From a virus (taxonomy: Duplodnaviria; Heunggongvirae; Uroviricota; Caudoviricetes), in the IMG/VR virus record IMGVR_UViG_3300022660_000063, positions 1 through 64,000 of that record: a stretch of DNA of 64,000 nt. One strand, 5' to 3'. This document shows, piece by piece, positions 48,733 through 58,547 of the stretch; positions within the stretch are counted from its first letter, which is position 1; the number at the start of each line of letters is the position of its first letter. The translations under genes and the position numbers were made by a program. The notes under the pieces are model-generated. The model did no database searches, was not told the origin of the DNA, and saw only the letters and a program-made list of their open reading frames with translations.

Positions 48733-49038
48733 ATGAAATTTTTAAGAGAAGACTTTGGAGAATCGGAAGAATTAAATACTTTTGTATCTCAAATAGAAAG
48801 AAGATTTAGAAAATACTATGAAGTTACTTTATCTTTAAATGGTAATGTAAGTAGAAGATATTTTGCTTTTGAAGAAGCTGCTAGAAAATACTATGATGGA
48901 TTAGTTAAAGAAGCTCAAGCAGATATAGAATATTATGATGGAGCAAATATAGAATTTAAAGCAGTAGAAGTATTAAGAGATGAAGAAGAATTAGATTCTA
49001 TATTAATAGATAAAGAAGAAAATTTTGAAGAAGTATAA
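48733..49038 (+). CDS. hypothetical acidic protein
   Basis: 101 aa. Confidence 0.35.
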   Translation: MKFLREDFGESEELNTFVSQIERRFRKYYEVTLSLNGNVSRRYFAFEEAARKYYDGLVKEAQADIEYYDGANIEFKAVEVLRDEEELDSILIDKEENFEEV

Positions 49039-49051
49039 AGGAGAGTAAGTA

Positions 49052-49540
49052 ATGCCAAATATGTTTTCAAATTACGAAAATATACCAGACATGTATATAC
49101 CAAGTAATAGACCTACTTGCCCACCTCCAGAAAAATGTTGTCCAAATTTAGACCTATGTAAACCAACAAGACCTTATTATGCTGATTATGATATAGAAGG
49201 TAATTTAGTTGGTTATTGGTGGTATTATGGCAATACTTTTGACTTAGAATTTAATATAGAAGGTGAAATTACAGTTGAAGGAAGCCTTCAATGGTCTCCA
49301 ATAGATGAATTTATAGATGGAAAATTAGTTACTATGAATTTATATAATTTTAGAAGAGAGATTATATACACACAGGTAATTAAAGCAACATCTAGTAAAG
49401 TAATTTTTTCTATAGATCAAGAGTTATCTAATAAATTAGTTAGAGGAGTTTATTATTGCTCTCTAAGTATAAGTGATGAAAAATTAGGTTTTGACCAAAC
49501 AGTTCTTCAAATGGAAGATTGTGTGCTAAATGTTAAATAA
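49052..49540 (+). CDS. hypothetical protein
   Basis: 162 aa with RBS. Confidence 0.4.
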   Translation: MPNMFSNYENIPDMYIPSNRPTCPPPEKCCPNLDLCKPTRPYYADYDIEGNLVGYWWYYGNTFDLEFNIEGEITVEGSLQWSPIDEFIDGKLVTMNLYNFRREIIYTQVIKATSSKVIFSIDQELSNKLVRGVYYCSLSISDEKLGFDQTVLQMEDCVLNVK

Positions 49541-49549
49541 GGAGGTAAG

Positions 49550-50065
49550 ATGGAACCAATAAGAATTAGAGCTAAATTATCTGCTTATACAAAAGGTCTT
49601 ATACCTACTAAAGTTAGTCAATTAGATAATGATGAAAACTTTGTAAAAGACCTAGATGAATCTCAATCAAACAATCTTTATTATGTGAGAGTTAGAGAAC
49701 CTAATTCTACAGAAGGTAAATGGGTTCAGATAAATAGTGATTCATTTGGTGATGAAATTAAACTTTTAGAAAAATCTGGCTTAATACTTGACAAAGAAGG
49801 TAATGTAGCTAAGTTAAAAATAGATCAATACATTTTATCTCAAGAAGAGTTTAATAGATTATCTAAATTAGATGATAATGCTACATATTATGTGTATGAA
49901 AACACACCTGATTTATATATAAATGGTGGAACAGCTTTTTCTGATGGCGGCAATGAATATGTTGATTTAAGTCAATATGGGTTAGAGATAAGTGGTGGTA
50001 GAGCAGATTCAATTTTTGAATTAGAATTATTGCCAATAAATGCTAAAGGAGTATATAATGGATAA
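49550..50065 (+). CDS. hypothetical protein
   Basis: 171 aa, AGGAGG RBS. Confidence 0.4.
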   Translation: MEPIRIRAKLSAYTKGLIPTKVSQLDNDENFVKDLDESQSNNLYYVRVREPNSTEGKWVQINSDSFGDEIKLLEKSGLILDKEGNVAKLKIDQYILSQEEFNRLSKLDDNATYYVYENTPDLYINGGTAFSDGGNEYVDLSQYGLEISGGRADSIFELELLPINAKGVYNG

Positions 50066-50681
50066 AAAAATAACTAAAATAATATTCAGACAAGATGATA
50101 TTGCTAATATGAAAGATGTTGTATTAGCAAAAGGTGAGCCAGCTATTGCTTTTAATGGAACTACTTATGACTTTAAAATAGGTGATGCTATTCATACTTT
50201 TGAAAATTTACCAGTTATAAAAACAGACCATGTTATAACAGAGCCAATTGAAGATGGTGAATACTTAAGAAAGAAACAAGGAGATATTTATTCTTGGGTT
50301 ACAATAGAAGATTCAAGAAAGACATTAGCGGACTTGTTAGTACAACCTTATGGTGAAGAATTAGATATGGGTTATAATATAATTGACTCATCAAATACAA
50401 CTAGAAGAGTATTTGGCATTAGAAAATCATTCATAGTAAGCATAAATGCAAATCAAAAAGTTACAAATGAAATAACATCTGATACATATTCTATTATAGA
50501 ATGTGGTGGATATGTAGTAGCAGGCAATGATGGCAGGGTTAGTGTAACATCTGGTTCAGATTTATGTAAATCAGAGATATATGTAACACCTGAAAATAAA
50601 TTAGATATATCTACTGTAACAAAATGTGATAGATTAGATAATTTAATAGATGTTTGGGTATTATATACAAAAGTTCAATAA
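50058..50681 (+). CDS. hypothetical protein
   Basis: ATG 50058 after GGAG. Confidence 0.4.
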   Translation: MDKKITKIIFRQDDIANMKDVVLAKGEPAIAFNGTTYDFKIGDAIHTFENLPVIKTDHVITEPIEDGEYLRKKQGDIYSWVTIEDSRKTLADLLVQPYGEELDMGYNIIDSSNTTRRVFGIRKSFIVSINANQKVTNEITSDTYSIIECGGYVVAGNDGRVSVTSGSDLCKSEIYVTPENKLDISTVTKCDRLDNLIDVWVLYTKVQ

Positions 50682-50816
50682 TGACAATAGAAGAACAAAT
50701 ATATAAAGCAAATAGAATAAGATTAGATATACTCTTAGAGGCTAAAGAAATAACCTTAGATGAATATTATTATCAACTTAATATAAATAATAAAAAACTT
50801 TATAAAGAGGCCTAAA
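50682..50816 (+). CDS. possible small ORF (44 aa) followed by terminator
   Basis: ATG directly after TAA; followed by a weak hairpin and TTTTTT (50806-50832). Confidence 0.25.
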
Positions 50817-50830
50817 AAGCTTCTTTTTTA

Positions 50831-50842
50831 TTGCTAAATTTA
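50831..50842 (+). promoter_or_regulatory. TGCTAAATTTAT motif copy upstream of the tail-fiber cluster
   Basis: Exact 12-mer. Confidence 0.4.
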
Positions 50843-50936
50843 TTGATAATTAAAATAAAGCTTGTTGAACTAGAGATAGTTACTGTATAGCGAAAATTAA
50901 AATTGAATAAATTCAGCCTATTTTATATAGGTAATT

Positions 50937-50975
50937 TTTGCTATAATATCTTACTATCTATCACAAGTAGATGTA
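50937..50975 (+). promoter_or_regulatory. extended -10 promoter TGCTATAAT plus downstream palindrome cttactatcta..tagatgtaag
   Basis: tttttGCTATAAT followed by a near-perfect inverted repeat overlapping the likely transcript start; 30 nt upstream of gene 51006. Confidence 0.4.
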
Positions 50976-51005
50976 AGATATTTTTTATTTTATAACGAGG
51001 AAATA

Positions 51006-52784
51006 ATGGGAATAGTTAAAAAAGTAGACAACCAAATAAAAGAGATTGCTAATAAATCAGTAATAGACCACAGTCAACTATCAAATAGAAATGCTTACGG
51101 TGCTCATAGCATAGATGCTATTAGAAAATTACCAGAGAAATTAACTTCTTTAAAAGATAAAGATACTTATTTAGACACTAAAATTGATGCAGAGATCACT
51201 AGTAGAATAGAAGCAGATAATGTACTTCAAACAAATATAAACCTCGAAGAAGCTGCTAGAATTGCTAAAGATTCAGAGATTGAAAGAAAAGCAAAACAAA
51301 TAAATATAGAAGAAATTAATGGTACAGGTAAATTAAGGTTTTATAACTATGGTAGGGAAAATCATGGCGTAGAAATACAAGCTGGGTTTTTACCAGATAA
51401 TGATACTCTTGAATTAGTAGGCGAAGAAGAGAATAAAAAACTTGCTTTAAAAGGTGTATATGTAGATGGTAAGACTATAGTTGGTACTGGTGCAAGACCT
51501 TTTGATGTTCATGTAGAAGATAAAGAAATAGATTCTTCTTCTATAATATCTTTTGAAATAGATACTATCAAATTTATAGAAAAAATTCATGATTTTAACA
51601 TGCATATTAAGAATGGATCTGAGATTCAACTTCAATATGTAGACGCTGCGGATACTGGTAAACTACAAACTTCACAAACAGCGGATACTTTACATATAAC
51701 AGCAGTCCCTGAATTAGTAATTACAGATGGTACTTTAGATATATCAAATTCCCCAACTTGGAAATTATTAAATATAGATGTAATAGCTACTGCGAATGAA
51801 TTTGGATTAACTATTGAAGGAACTCCAGTAGTAAATGATATTATTTCATTCATTATTTATACTGGTGAAAATGAATTACAAGCAGTTGCAATAGGTGATC
51901 CAACTGGAGTAATTACACCTTCAGATGTGAGAGAATTGCAGGCGGATAATGAAGTTAATACTGAAAATATAAATGAATTATTTCAAAGGGTAGATGCGAT
52001 AGAAGGTGTTGGAGGATATTTAAATCCTTATGATTTTGATACAACAACTCCAGATCTACCAACTGATAATATAGTATTAGATTCTGAAGGTAATTATGAT
52101 GCATCAGCATCTACATTAAGTGAATTAACACAATATGCTTTAGACCAAATAACTAGTATAGATGACCCAAGAGAAATATGGAATGGTACTCGTGTTACTA
52201 ACTTAGAAGACAATCATACTTGGATTTTAAATAATAATTATCCAAATGATTTTAGTTGGACAGATTTAGGTCAAGCATTGGTAGGAGTAGCAACTACAGA
52301 AACATTAGGTGTTGTTAGATCTTCTACAGAAAATCTAAAGATAAATGTTGATTTAAATGGTGAGATGTCAGTTAATAATTTAGGAGATAAATTATCTGAT
52401 ATAGAATCAAACTTAAATTATTTGATTGTGCAAACACTTTTAGAAAGAAATGCTTTAACAAATAAATATGATGGACTAAAAGTATATGTTAGAGATAATG
52501 ATATAACTTATTTATATCAAAATAATGCTTGGATTCAAGAAAACAATTATATAAATTCAGATAAAGCAAAAGTAGATAAAATAATAACTTCTGGTAGTGG
52601 TAATAGTTATTTATCAGATGATGGTACTTATAAAGAAATAATAATTCCAGAAGTAGAATTAGATGATATAACAATCACTAGAAATAATGAAAATAAATTA
52701 CAATCAATTGCAATGACGAATGGCACAGATGTGATTGATTATAACATTTTATATCAAGCAATAAGTACTAACTGGGAGGTATAG
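51006..52784 (+). CDS. tail fiber protein (coiled-coil N-terminus; C-terminal domain shared with 58548..59705)
   Basis: C-terminus '...ITITRNNENKLQSIAMTNGTDVIDYNILYQAISTNWEV' versus '...TTITRNNSDSIQAVGLTNGSVNLTCDNIYDALASDWEV'. Confidence 0.55.
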   Translation: MGIVKKVDNQIKEIANKSVIDHSQLSNRNAYGAHSIDAIRKLPEKLTSLKDKDTYLDTKIDAEITSRIEADNVLQTNINLEEAARIAKDSEIERKAKQINIEEINGTGKLRFYNYGRENHGVEIQAGFLPDNDTLELVGEEENKKLALKGVYVDGKTIVGTGARPFDVHVEDKEIDSSSIISFEIDTIKFIEKIHDFNMHIKNGSEIQLQYVDAADTGKLQTSQTADTLHITAVPELVITDGTLDISNSPTWKLLNIDVIATANEFGLTIEGTPVVNDIISFIIYTGENELQAVAIGDPTGVITPSDVRELQADNEVNTENINELFQRVDAIEGVGGYLNPYDFDTTTPDLPTDNIVLDSEGNYDASASTLSELTQYALDQITSIDDPREIWNGTRVTNLEDNHTWILNNNYPNDFSWTDLGQALVGVATTETLGVVRSSTENLKINVDLNGEMSVNNLGDKLSDIESNLNYLIVQTLLERNALTNKYDGLKVYVRDNDITYLYQNNAWIQENNYINSDKAKVDKIITSGSGNSYLSDDGTYKEIIIPEVELDDITITRNNENKLQSIAMTNGTDVIDYNILYQAISTNWEV

Positions 52785-54134
52785 ATGGGAAGAATACTTA
52801 ACAAAAGCCCTCTTAGCAATAAACTTTTTAGTTTAGAATCGGTAAACTTTGTTACTACAGCTAAAGTTTCTACAGGCACTTATTTATGCCGCGCAGTTGA
52901 TATTGACGGGACAGTTTTAAAAGAAGAATGGCTTAATACTGGAGACATTTTTACTTTGCCTGCCTTACCAACTAATCATGATAGATTAGTTGCAACCGGT
53001 TGGGTGAGCTCATGTCCTGATTTAGACCAAGCAGGAACCTCGACAGTTGTAACTAAAAGAGATATAATGGCTGGACCAGTTTATGAAACTAAGAGCGGAA
53101 TGGTTGAAGTAATAGTTGAAATAACTGAAGATATTGCTCCTAATATAGAAACTGAGGGACACACAGTTACTGTAAATTTTAACGGTACTAAATATTGGGA
53201 TTACGAGGGAGATAAAACCATTACTGACACCACTAACACTCATACTTATTATTCATATGGGACTTATATTATCGCGATTGAGGGAGCAACAGGATATGAT
53301 AGTACAGAATATATATTGTCATCACATGCTATAAGAAAATTGTATTTTACATCGAGTGATAATGGGCCAGAAACTTTAATGAACATAGGTCATCGCTATA
53401 ATTGTTCAAATTTAACAGAACTATCATTGGGAGCAAAGATAAAAAGTCATATAACTGGTCACTTTAATTATGTATTTCCGAAAGCGGTTATATATCCCGC
53501 TGGATTGGAGTCTTTTCAAAACATTTTAACGAATGCTAATGACCTAGTTATTCCATCTACGGCAGTTTTTACACTTTCTGCTAATATCGCACCATCGGGC
53601 ATTATCAAATACCCCACATTAGTATTTGATAAATGTAATACGACTGGTCACTATTTGCGATTAGCATCTATAAGAAATTCTGTTGCAAGGCTTAATTGGC
53701 CTAGAGAAAACTATGGGACAGACTCTATACTACAAACTCTCACTGAAGGAACTCATATAGTTGACTTGGGTTGTATTACAAGTGTGCCAGCGATAAGTTT
53801 TTCACCAGATGAGACTCTTGTTTTTCCTGCTACAGTAACTAGTTTGTACGCTAGTACACAATTCCGAAATTGTTATAATTTAACAAAAATTATATTTGAA
53901 GGTGATATAACTGATGTCGGTAGCACTCCTTTTAATTACTTAGAGAGAATTCAAATTATAGACTTTTCTAAAAATACAGTGGTTCCAACCTGTTCTAGTT
54001 TTAGTGATACATATCTATCAACCAATTATAAAATTATTGTACCAGATAGTTTATATGATGAATGGATTTCTACCGCTCCATGGAATATTGTTGCAAATCA
54101 TATCTATAAGAAAAGTGAAATAAATTATAGTTAA
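52785..54134 (+). CDS. BspA-like leucine-rich-repeat protein (putative receptor-binding/adhesin), locally higher GC
   Basis: Repeats such as 'NCYNLTKIIFEGDITDVGSTPFNYLERIQIIDFSKNTVV' fit the BspA/TpLRR pattern. Confidence 0.45.
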   Translation: MGRILNKSPLSNKLFSLESVNFVTTAKVSTGTYLCRAVDIDGTVLKEEWLNTGDIFTLPALPTNHDRLVATGWVSSCPDLDQAGTSTVVTKRDIMAGPVYETKSGMVEVIVEITEDIAPNIETEGHTVTVNFNGTKYWDYEGDKTITDTTNTHTYYSYGTYIIAIEGATGYDSTEYILSSHAIRKLYFTSSDNGPETLMNIGHRYNCSNLTELSLGAKIKSHITGHFNYVFPKAVIYPAGLESFQNILTNANDLVIPSTAVFTLSANIAPSGIIKYPTLVFDKCNTTGHYLRLASIRNSVARLNWPRENYGTDSILQTLTEGTHIVDLGCITSVPAISFSPDETLVFPATVTSLYASTQFRNCYNLTKIIFEGDITDVGSTPFNYLERIQIIDFSKNTVVPTCSSFSDTYLSTNYKIIVPDSLYDEWISTAPWNIVANHIYKKSEINYS

Positions 54135-54225
54135 ATTTTCAATCATAAGCTCTATAACATGTAAAGTCATTTTACAGCATATTTATAAAAGTGTTATATA
54201 TAAAATTAATTAAAAAGGTAAAATA

Positions 54226-54543
54226 ATGGAACAATTAAATAAACAAGCTTGGGTAGGAACAAAGGAAAAATTCTTACAACTAGCAGAAATAGAAACAAAT
54301 AAATCTTATTACATAACCGACTTAGCTACATTTGGAATAAGTAGTGCTGATATGGAACTAGCAACATCTACTGAAGCTTCTTTATATGATGTGGGTAGTA
54401 TATTTATTTGTTATGATGATGGCATATATTTAAGTGGGCATGTTTACAAGTTCACTGGTAATAGTTGGGAAGATATAAGCTATGCATACACTAAATCAGA
54501 AATAGATGCATTATTACCAAAAGCAGTTATAGTGGAGGATTAG
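54226..54543 (+). CDS. small fiber-module protein, paralog of the N-terminus of 63208..
   Basis: 'WVGTKEKFLQLA...SSADMELATSTEASLYDVGSIFICYDDGIYLSGHVYKF' versus 'WYGTKAQYLALS...SNADMELATTIESSLYKTGDVFICKDSGTYLQGHIYKF'. Confidence 0.5.
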   Translation: MEQLNKQAWVGTKEKFLQLAEIETNKSYYITDLATFGISSADMELATSTEASLYDVGSIFICYDDGIYLSGHVYKFTGNSWEDISYAYTKSEIDALLPKAVIVED

Positions 54544-54548
54544 GATAA

Positions 54549-56183
54549 ATGCCAATATATTTTAATAATAATAAAGTTGGAGCGGCTTTAGAGTTAAAAA
54601 ATTTACAAGAAAAAACTGTTACTGAAAATAATATAACAGTTACTCCAGACCCTGGTTATAATGGTTTATCTTCTGTTGATGTAAATATTGTTACTGGTGA
54701 TTATAATATAGACCAAATCATAGATGGCGATGAATGTGAACTTATTATTTCTACACCAACTGGAGATATAACTATTGATCTACCTGAAGCGTTTGCAAAT
54801 ATGACAACCTTATATTATTTTATTGTAAATAAAGATACGATTTTAATTAGCAGTAATATAACTGATATCGGCGTTTGGGTATATACTGTAAGTACTAACA
54901 CGATTGAACAAAAATATACTATTGGTTCTAGTTGGCGATATTTCCAGATGGTAGGTAACGATTGTTTAATTGGAGGAAATATCTCGTCTTCTGTCGGAGT
55001 ATTATTATTTAATAACACTACCAAAACAATAGAACTAAACTATGCATCAGGATATCATTGGGACACTTTTAAGATAATAGATAATGATTGCTTTATTAGC
55101 AATAGTCTTAATCATAGTGGTTATGGAGTAGGGCTTTTGCTATACGATAGTGCTACAAAAACAATTGAACTAAAACATCCATCAGGATATCACTGGGATA
55201 AGTTTACTGAAATAGGCGATGATGTTTTAATTAGTGGATTATATGCTACTGGAATTTTACTTTATAATAAAATAACAAAGACCTTAGAACAAAAGTATAC
55301 AAACTTTCTAAATTGGAATCATTTTTATGTAGATGGTAGCAATTGTTGGATTGGAAATGATACGGCTGATACAGGAATATTATTTTATGATGGTTCAATT
55401 AAAACAATTGAACAAAAATACGATATCGGTGCTTGGGCTTATTTTCAAAAGATTGGCGATGATGTTTTAATTGGTGGCAGGTCTAGAAATGGTATTTTGT
55501 TATACGATGGAATAGATAAAAGCTTTATTCAAAAATATACTAGCAGTGATGATTGGTATTTGTTTACTCCAGTTAATAATGATGTTGTAATAAGTTGTAG
55601 TTCTACAGGAATATTATTATATGATGGAGCCACTAAAACAATTGAACAAAAATATACTATTGGTTCTTATTGGCAATATGTTCAAGTTGTCGGTAATGAT
55701 GTTTTACTTTGTAGTGCTACAACTAATACTGGTGTGGTAGTCTATGATGGTTTGACTAAAACTATAACTCAAAAATACACTAGCGGTGCTTGGCTATATT
55801 TTCAAATTGTAGGTAATGATTGTTTAATTGCTACAACAACTGCTAATGCTGGGCTTTTACTATATGATAGTATATTAAAAGAAATAAGTAAAATATATAG
55901 TAGGGAAACTGGTTGGAGAAATTTTAAATTAGTGGGTAATGATTGTTTAATTGGCTCTTCGGGTAGATATGGTACGGATGGGCGAGGACTTTTATTATAC
56001 AATAGTGATACTAAAACAGCAACGATATTAAACAGCCAATTTAGCTTATGGAATACGTTTATAGAAGATGGTGATAACTGTTATATTGAGTCAAGCAATA
56101 AGTCTTTAAACCCATATATAATCTATTATAATGCTACAACAAAAACTGCCAAATTCGCAAAATACTATATAGGGAAGGTGTAA
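54549..56183 (+). CDS. beta-propeller-like repeat protein (about 12 repeats of roughly 40 aa), tail fiber/receptor-binding candidate
   Basis: Repeating 'GILLYDGxTKTIEQKYTxGxxWxxFQxVGNDVLIG'; C-terminus 'AKFAKYYIGKV' shared with 56362..57990. Confidence 0.5.
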   Translation: MPIYFNNNKVGAALELKNLQEKTVTENNITVTPDPGYNGLSSVDVNIVTGDYNIDQIIDGDECELIISTPTGDITIDLPEAFANMTTLYYFIVNKDTILISSNITDIGVWVYTVSTNTIEQKYTIGSSWRYFQMVGNDCLIGGNISSSVGVLLFNNTTKTIELNYASGYHWDTFKIIDNDCFISNSLNHSGYGVGLLLYDSATKTIELKHPSGYHWDKFTEIGDDVLISGLYATGILLYNKITKTLEQKYTNFLNWNHFYVDGSNCWIGNDTADTGILFYDGSIKTIEQKYDIGAWAYFQKIGDDVLIGGRSRNGILLYDGIDKSFIQKYTSSDDWYLFTPVNNDVVISCSSTGILLYDGATKTIEQKYTIGSYWQYVQVVGNDVLLCSATTNTGVVVYDGLTKTITQKYTSGAWLYFQIVGNDCLIATTTANAGLLLYDSILKEISKIYSRETGWRNFKLVGNDCLIGSSGRYGTDGRGLLLYNSDTKTATILNSQFSLWNTFIEDGDNCYIESSNKSLNPYIIYYNATTKTAKFAKYYIGKV

Positions 56184-56185
56184 TA

Positions 56186-56359
56186 TGGAAATATATTTAA
56201 TTAACAACGAAACAAATGAAATAATACAAATATATCAAAATGTTGAAAAATGGGGTTATAACTTCGTTGAGTATAAGAATAATGGTATGCGTGGCAAAAT
56301 TTATTGTGATATGGAGACTGAACATTTTTCAGATACAAAACCAGAAATAATGGAGTAGT
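56186..56359 (+). CDS. possible small ORF (57 aa)
   Basis: ATG right after TAA; fills the gap between the two repeat-protein paralogs. Confidence 0.3.
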
Positions 56360-56361
56360 AA

Positions 56362-57990
56362 ATGATAACAGATTTAAATAAAAAAGTTAAAAAGATAACA
56401 GTAGATGGCGTTACAATGGAGCTTAAACCTAAAGTTCTCGGTGGTGATTATAACCTTGAAAGTGTACTTTTAGAAGATGGTACTCAAAAAATGGTTGCTA
56501 CTTTTGTTGGTACTGAAGGTCAGGAGATTGAAGTTGAGCTACCTGAAGAGTTCCAATCAGAAGGTAGTTATGGCATTGTTACATTTATATATAAAAATAC
56601 TATATTGATGAGTACTACTTCAGCTGATGTTGGATTATGGGTTTATAATATAGACACTGATAAATTTACTAAATTAAGGAATGAGGCTCAATGGAATTCA
56701 TTTTATGAAGTATCAGATGGGGTTTTATTATCTAGTAAGTCTTCAAATACGGGTCTACTTCATTTTGATGGTATAAACTTAACTCAAATAGAAGGTTCTT
56801 CAAGTTATTATAATATTAATATTGGGCATACTCTTAAAAATGGAGATTATTTATTTAGTTCTCAAAATTTACAAAATGTAGGTTTATGTTATTATAATAA
56901 TGAAACAAAAACATTAACTCATATTGGTTCAGATACAGTAAATAATTTTTATGAATTAGAAAATGGTGATACTTTATGCTCTTATAGTTCATCTGCAAGT
57001 ATTGGTTTATGGTTGTTTGATTTTAATTTAAAAATAGCGACAGAATTAGACTCTATGATAGCTAGATTAACTTGGACACCGCTATCTGATGGTAATTTAG
57101 TCGGTACAAGTTCTATTTCAGGTGCTGCTGGTGGTTTGCTAGTATATTATAAAGAAACCAAAACTACAACTAGATTTCTAACAGCCAACTATGCAGATCA
57201 AACTGAGTTCACAGTAGTGAAACCTCTATTAAATGGGGATTTTATAGTAAGTAGATCAAACTCAAATACTCAAGGTGTTTATTTATATAAAGCGAATGAT
57301 ATGACTTTTAATAAAATATTTGAAGAAGGTTATAATTTTAATAGTTGCACAGTATTAGAAAGTGGTAACGCAATAATCAGCAGTAGTTCTTCAAATGTTA
57401 AAGGGATTTATTTTTATAATAATACCAACAATACTATAAGTCAAATATATCAAGATGGATATGGTTACAGTAATCGACATGTAGTATCAAGTGACTTGTT
57501 GTTGCTATCTAATTCAAGTTCATATTATGGGACAGGTTTGTTTTTATATGATGATAGTACTAATACTATTACTCCTCTATTAACAGATGAGTATAACATG
57601 TATGGGTTAAACACAAAAAATGGTGCATTAATAGAGCAATATAATGGTTCAAAGATTTGGTTTTTTAACAAAACATCTAAAGAACTTAATGTATTGCTAG
57701 AGGTGTCAACTTATGCTAATATATTTGATAATTTAATCAAGCCTAATGAAAATATTATATTATTCAATACTAACAGCGTATATTCAGCACCATTATTTCT
57801 ATACAATGAAAGTGAACATAGTATAGAAAGATTATTAACTAGTTCAGGTAGTCAGTTAGATAGATACTTTATCAAAGATAATCTTGTTAATCTATGGTCA
57901 AGTAAAAAGAGTAGTCAACCAAAAACATTCGAATATAATATTGATACTAATACAATAAAACTAGTAAAATACTATATAGGAAAAATATAA
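56362..57990 (+). CDS. beta-propeller-like repeat protein, paralog of 54549..56183
   Basis: Similar roughly 40-aa repeats and C-terminus 'IKLVKYYIGKI'. Confidence 0.5.
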   Translation: MITDLNKKVKKITVDGVTMELKPKVLGGDYNLESVLLEDGTQKMVATFVGTEGQEIEVELPEEFQSEGSYGIVTFIYKNTILMSTTSADVGLWVYNIDTDKFTKLRNEAQWNSFYEVSDGVLLSSKSSNTGLLHFDGINLTQIEGSSSYYNINIGHTLKNGDYLFSSQNLQNVGLCYYNNETKTLTHIGSDTVNNFYELENGDTLCSYSSSASIGLWLFDFNLKIATELDSMIARLTWTPLSDGNLVGTSSISGAAGGLLVYYKETKTTTRFLTANYADQTEFTVVKPLLNGDFIVSRSNSNTQGVYLYKANDMTFNKIFEEGYNFNSCTVLESGNAIISSSSSNVKGIYFYNNTNNTISQIYQDGYGYSNRHVVSSDLLLLSNSSSYYGTGLFLYDDSTNTITPLLTDEYNMYGLNTKNGALIEQYNGSKIWFFNKTSKELNVLLEVSTYANIFDNLIKPNENIILFNTNSVYSAPLFLYNESEHSIERLLTSSGSQLDRYFIKDNLVNLWSSKKSSQPKTFEYNIDTNTIKLVKYYIGKI

Positions 57991-58002
57991 GGGAGATAAT
58001 AA

Positions 58003-58515
58003 ATGAGTAATTTAGACACGACAACACCAATAAGCGAGTTTGAAGTAGATGGTGTTAGTATACCTTTAAGCTCAAAAATAGATATATTAAAAACTGATAC
58101 TTCAACTATTCCAGAAATATATAATTTATTACAAACAAAATTTAATGAAAACAAATCCGTAAGTTTTACTTTAAAATATATTGGGTATACATTAGGTGCA
58201 AGTGTGCCATCATACGGATATGACCCAAATGTAATGGAAATAGAGCCTTATAACATTAATTTACAATTATTAAATGATACTCAAAGAACATATCTTCCTT
58301 GTAAAGTAATAGGTATTTCAAATTCAAGAATACAGTGCCCTTTTGAAACTATTGATGCAGTAGGGTCATTTGAAATAGCAGAAAATAACATTTATGGATT
58401 ATCACTTAATTATCAACATGTAGTAAGTGAAAAATATGCTATTGGTTGTGATTTTAATGAACTTGCATTATCAAGTAGTGATAGAAATTATGGGTTAAGT
58501 ATACTTAGTTGTTAG
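58003..58515 (+). CDS. hypothetical structural protein
   Basis: 170 aa, GGGAG RBS. Confidence 0.4.
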   Translation: MSNLDTTTPISEFEVDGVSIPLSSKIDILKTDTSTIPEIYNLLQTKFNENKSVSFTLKYIGYTLGASVPSYGYDPNVMEIEPYNINLQLLNDTQRTYLPCKVIGISNSRIQCPFETIDAVGSFEIAENNIYGLSLNYQHVVSEKYAIGCDFNELALSSSDRNYGLSILSC

Positions 58516-58522
58516 AGATATC

Positions 58523-58534
58523 TGCTAAATTTAT
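58523..58534 (+). promoter_or_regulatory. TGCTAAATTTAT motif copy
   Basis: Exact 12-mer 13 nt upstream of ATG 58548. Confidence 0.4.
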
Positions 58535-58547
58535 TAAGGAGAAAATA

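Noticed and set aside
54549-57990. DNA tandem repeats of about 120-bp period
   Set aside because: They are explained by the roughly 40-aa protein repeats of the two beta-propeller-like genes, not an independent satellite or CRISPR-like element.
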